DNA of 64,000 bases. Origin: Rhodosorus marinus CCMP1338. Lineage: Eukaryota; Plantae; Rhodophyta. The stretch is from positions 682,001 to 746,000 of the forward strand of contig JAMWBK010000011.1 in NCBI GenBank assembly GCA_029953675.1, read 5' to 3'. Shown here piece by piece: positions 12,736 to 22,576 of this stretch. Each line of letters starts with the position of its first letter. The stretch's first letter is position 1. The notes beneath the pieces are model-generated. The model was given only the letters and a program-made list of their open reading frames with translations, did not search any database and was not told the origin of the DNA. A program made the translations under genes and the position numbers.

Positions 12736-12751
12736 CCCAATAATTCATTTC

Positions 12752-13006
12752 CAATGGGACATTCAATTGATTTTCATCACACGAATTTCAATATATTGCA
12801 TTTTAGTAGTACTAAAGCATATAATCATGGGACAACAATTAAATGAATATACCAAACAAGTCTACAATGGGGCCAGTCCCATTGCTCAAGTGTACCATGC
12901 TGTGTCCCAAAATCGAGGGTGACCTAACATCAACATTTTTATCATTATCGAATTGGAATATGCCTTTCCATAGGGGCATCGCCAATTGTCCCATATTCCC
13001 GTCCCC
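12752..13006. repeat. GGGAC/GTCCC-rich element with short inverted ends
   Basis: Left ATGGGACA (12754), right TGTCCCAT (12987), internal GGGAC/GTCCC copies. 12752-12777 matches the reverse complement of 61267-61292. Confidence 0.5.
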
Positions 13007-13124
13007 GCTCACCTTAGATATGACCATCCCACGTCGCGAAAGCCCCGCGGCCTGCTAGACATATCACCATACCAACCGTCACACGTCCACAGATCCTGAT
13101 GGTTGTCATCTCCGTGCGAAAACA

Positions 13125-13690
13125 AAAAAAATTGTCCGTTTGCATCCCCGATAAATATCAGACCGTCCGATAAAACGTATAACGGACCTGCATTTCGAAA
13201 TAAAATTGTTTACATCTTAGAAGCTCCCGTTCGCTATAAGTTTTTCAAACCTGAATAAAAAATAAATAAACTTCATCATCCGATACCGACCGATTACCGT
13301 CCGATATCTTCTGACCACATGGCGGAATGTGGGTCATACTTCAAGTCCTTGCCAACCTCAATCCAAAGTTATGACAGCCTGTCTATTTAATTCATTGCAT
13401 GGTAGCGACAGCTTCGCAGGACAAAAAGGAATTATATAATTCATGATATGAGAGGAGAGCTTCGCGTACAAACAAAGAAGTAATCCTGATTCAACAGCTG
13501 GAGATGATTGATTATCACGCTAACGTTGATTGAATATCGGACGATTTATCGGACGGGAGATCGGATCTGTTTATTTAAAGCATTTCAATGAGGCACGAGA
13601 TAAGTTTCTACTGCTTTCTAATATTCTATCGACTTGAAAATATATCTGACGCGTCCGATAAATGTTATCGGACAGACTATGACAGCCCCA
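13125..13690 (-). mobile_element. Non-coding dispersed element (MITE/Helentron-like), copy 1
   Basis: Several TCCGATA/TATCGGA motifs and hairpin GTCCGATAA-ATG-TTATCGGAC (13653-13673). Reverse-complement homology to 48505-49125 (13499-13515 vs 48670-48686 17/17; 13525-13542 vs 48644-48661 17/18). Confidence 0.6.
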
Positions 13691-14806
13691 AGCGAAAAGT
13701 AATATGAATTATATAGTAGATTTTTTTCTCAGGTTTTGGTAAGATTTGGTGGGGGGTGTTCTTGTCGGAAACAAAAACGAGAGAGAGAGAGGGGTTCTTC
13801 TTCTTTCTGCTTTGGGAGGTGTTTGCGGACCACAAAAAAATGAATGTTTAGACGGAAAAGGAAGGGGAAAACGAGATCCATTGAATTAATGTAATTTATT
13901 TGTAAAAAATAGGTACGGACTTTTGGTCCCAAAATAAGAAAAAGTTTATGGAAGGTGAGAAAAAAATTATATATATATATATCTTCGAATATTTATATAA
14001 GGGTGGGTGGGATAACTCGTCCACCTCTTTTCCTTGATTCTGAGGAAGGGGGGTAATCGAACTCACGACATGAGCTGAATTCTCGTTCCGAGTGGAAGGT
14101 GAAAATAAAGGGGATTGTAATAAAAACAAAATGAGAAATATATTTTTAAAGCATAAGTTCACCCCTTATTAAATCAACCAAAACTTAAAAAGAAGTATTT
14201 TTAGTAGGGGGATGTAGTCTAGTCTACCTTGTCTATGTGTTTGTTTGTGCCGGCGCTGATAGGAGAGGGGGGTGATGAATCAAATTAGGAAAAAAGGGCT
14301 GCGCCTCGGTGAACCGAAAAAAACTAATGTGCTCTTGGGAGGGGGTGGTGTTGTTGGGCTTTTGGTAGAAGCGAGAAAATCCGTTTTCGGAAAGAGGTAG
14401 TTTCTTTGCATTGAGCTTTCGCTTGTGAGGAAAGGAGAAGGCTTGTGGGGGGAGACAGAGGGGGGGTGAACCGGTTGGCAGGGCGTGTGTCAAAAGATTT
14501 TGGTTTGTGTGCTATGGAAGGAGAACAGGACGAGTTTAGTTTCTGAAGAGCTGTGGCAGGTTGGTTTGGGGCTGTTATGACTTTTTAGCGTTTAGCGAAT
14601 TTTGGTAGGCCTTGCTGGTAGAGCGGTTGAAGTGTATTTTTTTGTTTTGGGGGCTGTGTGGGGGAAAAGGTGAAGTGAGATATTATAGCTGGGCGGGGTT
14701 TGAGTGGTTGCGGGGGGGAAGGTGTGTAGAGGGGGCGGGTGGGTGTAGGTAAGGTGTAGGTGGAGGGGAAGATGAAGGTATTGGGTTTGCGGTGGGGATT
14801 GCAAGG

Positions 14807-15286
14807 ATGAACAAGATTGAGATGTGCTTTGAGAACGTTGCCTGGGACAAATCGACGGGGTTTGTGGAGCATGGTGTGGTCGGGTCGATGAAGCCGCGGG
14901 CGCCGGAGGCGTTTGAGGAGAGAGGGATGTCGGTTGTCTCTCACGAGCAGATTGAGAACAATGCGATGCTGGAGGAGGCGGAGTTTTGGGGGGAGAGGGA
15001 GATCAGGGCACATGTGGCTTCTCTAGAAGCGGACAAGGAGAAGAGAACTGGGCGGAAGAGGTTGAGGACGACGGCCGAGCTCCATGACGACGTACGTCTT
15101 GTGCTCAAGCTGAGCAGGGCAGCGGATTTGATGGTCCGTAGGACCGTGGAGAGGAAAGCCGTGTTGGCTAGAAAAGCAGAGATCGCGGAATTCCACCAGG
15201 AAACAAAGCTCTTCTCGAGTCCAGTGCTGCATGCTACTGATAACCACCAAGACCCTGCCGATTCAATCGTAGGATTCCCCTTCTAA
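14807..15286 (+). CDS. Hypothetical charged, probably helical protein (159 aa)
   Basis: ATG-initiated ORF with coding-like composition, preceded by a G/T-rich leader like those upstream of confirmed genes here. No recognisable motif. Confidence 0.5.
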   Translation: MNKIEMCFENVAWDKSTGFVEHGVVGSMKPRAPEAFEERGMSVVSHEQIENNAMLEEAEFWGEREIRAHVASLEADKEKRTGRKRLRTTAELHDDVRLVLKLSRAADLMVRRTVERKAVLARKAEIAEFHQETKLFSSPVLHATDNHQDPADSIVGFPF

Positions 15287-18200
15287 CTGTTTAACGTGCG
15301 GACGCGCGGTGGGAAAAACAAGGGGGTTGTTTTGGGGGGTGGGGAAGTTGACATAAGCTCATGGCCTTCCTACTCTGCCACCAAGCGGAGAGAGAATTCC
15401 AGCCAAGCACGATTTTTTTCTTAAGTAAAGACTAATATCTCAACTGCAAGAGCCGTAGCGTGAGTCCAAGGCTACTATCAAAAAGCGGGTACCCACACAC
15501 CTATCGGCAGCTGGCGCGTCCTTACTTTTTCTGAAGGTGGAACAGTTGGCTAAGGAGGTTGATCGTTTACGCAAACATCTATGCCCATCTGTACGACGAT
15601 CCTGAAGAACCCCTGCAGCGTGGAATTCAGGAGCGATTTTCCCTTCCCAAGCTCCGCAGGTACGCTTTACAGACCGCTTTGGAAGCAGAAATCCATAAAT
15701 GGAAGTATTGACCTTCCAAAAGCGCGAGTTAGGCGAACACGCTTTCACTTGCTCTCTCGGAATGGAAGGAGAAGCCCGATGCAGCTCAAAGCTGGTGAAT
15801 ATAATGTTGCCATGTCGCTGACGCGAACGGAAAGAGCGATGAACTTAATGCGTCGAAAGGATTATTTTTTTGCAAGACTTTAAGAGGTGGATAACTATAA
15901 ACAGAAAGTCGCTAGAGTAATCCCAAACGTAGCAAAGAGACTGTCCCATCTAGTCCGTACTGTGTCCTTACTGTGGACTTGAGAGGCTTTACGAAGTGGA
16001 TTTTCGTCTAGTAAAGCACCCTTAGTTCATCATTCATCGAGAACCGACAACCAAAAAAGGTCGTCAAAATCATTGCTCACCGAGCATTGGCATAACAATG
16101 TGTCAGAACTATCTCGAAGAGAGCGTCGGTTGGAATTTATGCACCAGGGGTACGGGCATCGACTGGGATCTGTCTACTCTGCGAAGCAAATTTTGTCTCT
16201 GAATGATCCATTTCATTCTTTCACAGGCTGCTTCTGCGAGAACTAGACGTACCCATGGGTAGAGTCGTTGCAGGATGATTAACTGGTGCCTATGGATAGC
16301 CTCGAGTCACGCGGTTTACTTGGGAGACAATATCAAAACCTTCCAAACTTTTCAGTCAACGGCAACAAGAACTTTCGGAATAAAAACTCATCATCAATCA
16401 AGTTTCGGGAGTTGAAGAGGTGTACGAGGTGTACGAAAGATATTTGTACCTTCTTGGCTCGGTATTGTCCCAAAGCGTACATAAGATTGATACCGTTTTG
16501 CCGGGTCTTGACAACAAGCATTCAAGGTACTGATATCTCGTCAGGAGTCCACATAAGTCCAACATTTTCTGTATTGATTTGAAGATGCGTTGAGTATAGG
16601 TTGGGACTAGTCCTCAAAGTTGAGCACCAACGCTTGTAAACAGTTGCATCGTTTGCGGATGGAGCGAGCCACACCTGCCTGTGATCGGAGCAGAACTCCA
16701 GCGGGCGAGATGCCAACTATTCGGTCGTCACCTCCAGACAACCCGACTAGTCAACCGGGAAATCCTCGACGTCGCGGTCACGCGCGACTGAGTATATTTT
16801 TATTCCATCCCTATCGACACAAGAAGCTACGTGCAAAACCACACCCGGAGGCTACAACGGGAGCACACGAGGCTAGTACGAAATCACACGCCTACCGACG
16901 CCTGAGATGCAGGCTAAACTGTGTCTGTTCCGTTATTGCGTAAAATTGCGCCTCGATTGCCTCTCCGCACCCTGGCACTGCCATACGGTGCAACTCTAGC
17001 AGCAGAAGCAGACCGCGTCTCGCTGCTAGAGCTCGACAAACTTTGCGGCTCGCTCCTGGAAGTTCAAGGACTCTCGTAAGCCGAAAAAAACGCGCTCTAG
17101 GCGCAGACCCAACCCCCTGCCGATGGGTGGAGCAGGCCTGGCAATGCGCGCTGGCGATTCAACTTCTTCCCCTTTTCAGTAGCTGGCGACAGACACTAGA
17201 GCATAACTGGACGGAATCTAGCTATCTAGAGGAGCTACTCAATTCCTACACGACAACAAACCTGAACCAGCCAAAAGGTTCGTCATCGGAGAGTTCACAC
17301 GAGTCCCGGGTTGACGTGGACGACCGATGCACATCAGAGACAACCCTGATTCAAGCTCAGCACAGACAAGGACTACACGCTTGAGGTCACATCATAAGCC
17401 TCGGAGTTGGCCTTCATCAATTACGTTGAGTACCTTCACGATTTTGGTAACCCCGCCAACCTACTGGACAGCTTCCTCCAACGCTAGTGCAACACTATCC
17501 CCACCCAAAATCTCCTACTCAGACCAAAGCCCATCGAAGCCTCCCGAGAAGAAGAAAAACAGAACGTTTTCTCAATCCAATTCAACAAACAATCAACAAA
17601 ACGTAATTATTTATTTATTATTACGAATACATCTCCAAATTATACAATTTATGCATATATATTCAGTCAATACATAGTAATAATCTTGAATAAATTCGAT
17701 CATCAGTCAAGAACGTTCCTGACGGATGTCAGCTGAAGCGTATCTGTCAAAAGTCCTCTGTCAACACCAAGAGGATGAATTACGATAAAATACGGACACT
17801 TTGGGGAGGCCCTACTAGTTCGTGTTTTCGTTTAGAATGAATTTTTTGACAAGCACAAGCGTGAGACGCTACGTACATCGATGGGAGCGTGTTTTAGAAC
17901 AGAAGCTCTTTTTTGTAAATTTAGAGTAGCTTTCTTATCCGCTTTTTTTTGGTGGAGAAATCCTAAATACTGTCGATATTTTATTAATAATCGAAGTGGG
18001 GGGTTTCTTTTTGATCCACGTATGACGAGATTTTGTCCTTGTTGGGGCATATCGCTGGGAGTACTTGCAAAGGTTGGGTTGCTAAGGGGCGGCAAACGGC
18101 TGCGAATCTATGGAATGTGGTCAAGAAGCTTTATCAGCTCATCTTTTGTTGCTGACATGTGCTGAGTCCAACCCCCCATATTCAGAGGGCGACAAGAAAA

Positions 18201-19834
18201 AGTATCGACCACAATTGCCCGACACGAATTGTCCGCTAAAAGTACGTGTACAGAAAAAAAAAACATAGCATTCAAAGCCGAGCATGTTTTCGTCGAAAAA
18301 AAGGATGTTATAGAACACATTTCTCTTTAATATAGCAAAGCAGCTTATTTTACCCCTGAAAATAGAAATACTATTGCCACAAGTTCTAGAATGGTTCTTA
18401 ATCACGGTGACGCACAAAACCGCCGTTCTTTCCATTTTGCCCAGATTTTTTGTCGACAAAGTTTTTTTCACGGAGAAGAACAACGGAGCTATCAATTTCT
18501 GGCCCTGAGCAGGCGCGTGCCGCCATGACGTTAGATGCCTCGCCCCCCCTCCCGTAGCAAGCCTCTCGCCCGCTTGACCTCGCCCTGTCCGTCGGCCGTT
18601 CTGATAACTGCGGTTGGAGGACGCTCGCTTGACTCAAAACATTAGAACAAAAGGAATGGGTGAAACAGAACACTACCACACCCCACGCTCTCTTTCCCCT
18701 CCTTGGATCTCCACTCACATACAAGCCAAAAGAAAGACGAGTCCCCACACACAAAAAACACCAATCACTCACAAAGTCAAAAAAATTTCCACTGAGCAGG
18801 AAACAATTGTGCCTAGACAACCAAATCCTACATATTTAAAGTAATAAACAATATCTCTTGTTTACCGTACTCAGAATATCTTCAACTCCAAAAACATCCA
18901 AAAATACTCATAGGCACCATAAAATGTACATAGTCCAACCCTCTCCTCCCTCCATCACAATACGAAACAAAAATTTACGTTGAGACACGAAATGCTAAAA
19001 GATTACACCTACAAATCAACCATCAAGAACTGACACAAAACACGCCCCACTGACTAACCAGCTCTCTTCCCCTCTCTTTCTTCCCCTTCGCCCTTTTTTA
19101 AATCATTTTTTGGTGTATTTGTCATCCACACAACAAAAAGGCTGTTCAGCGTCTCCTTTCATGATGTGCGACATTGCAGAAGAAAGTAACAAAACGTTTA
19201 ACCCCCCTTATACACGACAGAAACGGATTCTAAATGTGACTGTTGTCCAGGGGTTGAGATATAAAAATATCCTTTTTGATAAACAAAAATGAGGTTCGAT
19301 GTGTTTTCTTTGAACTGATTTGTATTTATCAGGGGGTAATGTGAAATTCATTTGGCTGGAGTCAGGGAGGGGGGGGAGAAGAAACTAATTAATTGGGGTT
19401 GATAGGTGCCGGCCCTTTTTTTCTTGTGAGGAGAAATTTTAATTTTAAGGCTTTTTGGAAATCAGATTTCTCTCCGGTTGTTAAGGTTTGGAGACAAATG
19501 AGATTGGTCGGGGAGGAAGGAGGGAGTAGCGTTGTTATATAGGGACGGAATTCAAGGTGGCGAAAGTTGGGAAAGGGGGAAAGGAGTAAGGTGTGTGATT
19601 GAGGAGGAGTGTACGGAGCTTTCTTTATTTAAAATTGAAGTGCTTGTTGGGAAGTAGGGTTGGATGTTTGGGTCGGGTGGGGATCGTTTTTATACGGCGG
19701 TTGGGGTTTGGAGGTTTGGAGAGTGCATGGGGCCGCATGGTCGTTATTGGTGAGGGGCTTTGCGAGGGAGTTTGGAGATTGTTACTTTTGTTTTAGTTGG
19801 TGTTTTTGGGAGGTTGTTGGATTTTGAACGAGCG

Positions 19835-20074
19835 ATGTTTGAGTCGCCACTGCCCGCGGTGTTCGCGCGCCGGTCTGAGGAGTCGGGGACGGAGAGTCCG
19901 TCGCTTTTTCACATGTTGTCCTGGACTAACTTAACTCCCTCGGTGGCGGAGCCGGAGGTTGACTTCTACTACGTGTCTTCCATCTCTATTAAGATGGAAG
20001 GGGACAAGAAGAGCAAAGGGCCGAAGAAGCTTTTGAAGAACCTGACGAAAGCTAGAAAGTCAAAGGCACTTTAA
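19835..20074 (+). CDS. Hypothetical small protein (79 aa) with a basic C-terminus
   Basis: MFESPLPAVF...EGDKKSKGPKKLLKNLTKARKSKAL, preceded by a long G/T-rich leader. Confidence 0.4.
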   Translation: MFESPLPAVFARRSEESGTESPSLFHMLSWTNLTPSVAEPEVDFYYVSSISIKMEGDKKSKGPKKLLKNLTKARKSKAL

Positions 20075-20295
20075 GAATATGTGCTTAAGCTTGTTCAACC
20101 GCTTAAGCGGCATGGAAATCTACATTTGTACTGTCCTAGACTACTACATGTGTTCGCCGCTTGTTCATATTGTCTTTAACTCTACGAAAGGTGACTCTCG
20201 CTTTCGGAGGGCACCAAAATTTATTTACGAGAATCATTCAAACTTATAAAAACAAATTAGTCAATGAAGCACAGTAGCCCTTTCTTCGTAAGACA

Positions 20296-21100
20296 CTAGC
20301 CGCGCCTTCTCAGCAACTTCACATATGAAGTCGTTGGGAGCCGTCCGAGGTGCTCATCTAAAGTTGCTATGCACATAAAGCCCGTAGTCGCGTCCTCTTG
20401 TTCGCTCACTCGAACGCGCGTGGGTCCCAAAGGATTGCGAGGGCTCTGATCCGCGTGAGGAGCGTGGGGTGTTTGTATCCGTGCAAAGCCTGTCATCAAA
20501 GTAGCGCAGAGTTGCACGGCAGATCCTCTGCGACAAACACAGCCACTGGTACCGAGCCTTCAACAACGAAAGAGCTCTACCTTGGCTTTCAAACTGCATG
20601 TATCCTTGGCTCGGTCGCGTTTTGTTTGACCTAGTAAGCAAATACCATTCTTCGAAGCTCTGGCATCCCGTAAGAGGAAATCCGAGAAAACAGCACACTT
20701 GTTTACTTTCCTCGAGATTTGCAACCATGAACATCTGGTCATTTCTCGCGACTAGACACCTAAATGGAGAGCTTCATTTTCCAGAAACGGCTTTTGAGAG
20801 CTCGCTCGACGGCGTTCCCATCCAATTCCGAAGGTCCTAGGATAGTCGCACGTGCGGCTCTTCTCTCGAGGCATGCTCAGCTCCGAGTGCCCCCAACAAC
20901 AAGTTTGTGCCGAGATCAAGGCCGAACAGCACTGTCGCCGTTGGAAGACTTTGATAGTTTGAATCTAACAGTATGATCCCTCTGCGAATTGAAAACAGGC
21001 TCAGAACAGGGAGAGAGTCCCATGAGAGTATCTTGGCCGACACTTGAACTATGCGATCACTAAACGGACAAGGCACTTGAGGGGAGTATTTGGAAAGAGG
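20296..21100 (-). pseudogene. Possible decayed finger-less copy of the zinc-finger-family domain
   Basis: 20742-20296 is one frame with a single TGA: KVELFRC*RLGTSGCVC, resembling TFELQRTCSFCSLRTSCCKC. The upstream frame has NLLLGALGAEH, resembling YLVMGSWGDEH. Confidence 0.33.
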
Positions 21101-21204
21101 AGTGCATCTTGCTACGGACGAGCGAACCTCTGCGAATGGATGATCCGCGTTAAGAGGCCAACCAAGCAGCTGCTTTCTTCCTCGAGGGATAAGTTCAAAG
21201 AGCA

Positions 21205-21819
21205 ATGTTGTACAGATGCGGACTCCTCAGCACGTTTCGAAGATCCTTTCCGCGGAGAGGTTTGCATGATGAAAGCCAACCCCCCTTTATCGCCGAAGGT
21301 AGCTGGGGTGACCAGACACCTGAGGGAGTCAACAAGGATGAAGGCGAGAGCGCTGGACAACGGCGTCCTAAGCCAAGTAACTGGGAAGGACTGAACATCT
21401 TCAAGGAAGGCAAGGCACCGGTGGAGAAGCCAGATGACGAGTATCCAGATTGGATTTGGGCTTTGGCGCGTCCGCAGCGGACGCGGACTGAGCTAATGAA
21501 AGAAGCGGAACTTGCGTTTCGACACGGTGGTGAGTATCCAAAGACCAGGGAATCTCAGCGCGTAGAAATAGTTCTTCGCCTCCTGCGGGCCCCGATTTTT
21601 GACGAAGTCTATTCTGACAAGCGAGCCCAAACTTTGCCCGAATCGCTCAACACAGGTGAGGAAGAAGTTAAGAAGAGGCTCACAGAAGCAGAGAGAAGCC
21701 GCTTGTTTAAGATTGCGATCAAGCAAAGGGCACTTCGGCAGCAGCTAACCGCCGGAGAGCCTTCCAAAGGGAACGGAGAAGACGAGACTTCCGTATCGCC
21801 AACTGAAGGATCAAAGTAG
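21205..21819 (+). CDS. MRPL54: Mitochondrial ribosomal protein mL54 (MRPL37/L54 family); probable intron 21530-21655
   Basis: GLNIFKEGKAPVEKPDDEYPDWIWAL signature and an Arg/Ser-rich mitochondrial presequence. GTGAGT donor, CTGAC branch point, CAG acceptor. Confidence 0.8.
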   Translation: MLYRCGLLSTFRRSFPRRGLHDESQPPFIAEGSWGDQTPEGVNKDEGESAGQRRPKPSNWEGLNIFKEGKAPVEKPDDEYPDWIWALARPQRTRTELMKEAELAFRHGGEYPKTRESQRVEIVLRLLRAPIFDEVYSDKRAQTLPESLNTGEEEVKKRLTEAERSRLFKIAIKQRALRQQLTAGEPSKGNGEDETSVSPTEGSK

Positions 21820-22030
21820 CCAATCATCATATGTAAATCGTTATTTAAACCAATTACACACACTAACCCACACTAAGTAAATCCATTGGTGTAATAGATC
21901 ACATAGCAAAGATTTTAACCAATCAAATCTGACAAGATAGTATCTTAAGAAAGGTATTCTCCAATAAACAATCGAGAAAATAGAACAATATAAGAGTCAC
22001 ATCCTATCTAGTCAATATCAATCCAATACC
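21818..22030 (+). promoter_or_regulatory. CCAAT-box array / dispersed AT-rich repeat, copy A
   Basis: AGCCAATCA at 21818 followed by CCAAT at 21850, about 21919, 21961 and 22022. Similar opening to 55714 and to the reverse complement of 25880-25927. Confidence 0.4.
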
Positions 22031-22250
22031 CTCAATGCACTACTTGAAACAAAGATAAGCAATCAATAGAACATATAGATTGAATATCGAATTATGACAC
22101 TTACAGTTAAAATAAAAATACATTTTAAGAGTCATCCCTAAAATAGTCAACTTAAGCTCTCCATATCCTAATTTCCTCCTGAAAACAAATATTAGCAGTC
22201 AATATTATAAATATAGATTGACTCGTACATATGACACTTAAATAGTCAGT
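21985..22250. repeat. Degenerate tandem duplication, period about 138 bp
   Basis: taagagtca, atatagattga and atgacactta each recur 137-138 bp apart. Confidence 0.6.
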
Positions 22251-22576
22251 TTCAGAAGCGAACTGTTCGTTCTAGCCCCTTATTCGGTTATTTGGCATCT
22301 GGCTTCGGCTTTGTAGTTGGATGAAGGATTTGGTTCCTCTCGCATTGGAGTAGATCGGGCGACGTATCCTATGCTCTTTCTGAGAGATGGATCTGTGTCT
22401 GTCGGAAAGCTTTTGCAAGGAAACTAGGCCGCGTTGAACTGGTTTAAGCCTTCTTTCACTTCATCTTTGCACTGCTGTTTCTGTGGTGCTCTGTGTTGTC
22501 TTAAGAGTTTTTCCTTTCCTGGATTGCTTGGGGTGGTTTTCGTTGGTGTGTCTCTCTGGAGGAGAGTAGAGGAAAC

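Noticed and set aside
16994-17031. 10-bp inverted repeat CTCTAGCAGC/GCTGCTAGAG
   Set aside because: A single modest hairpin with no second copy or context; compatible with chance.
18100-18145. NLWNVVKK resembling the Tc1/IS630 transposase C-terminal motif
   Set aside because: Lacks the preceding SPDLNPIE and any DDE context.
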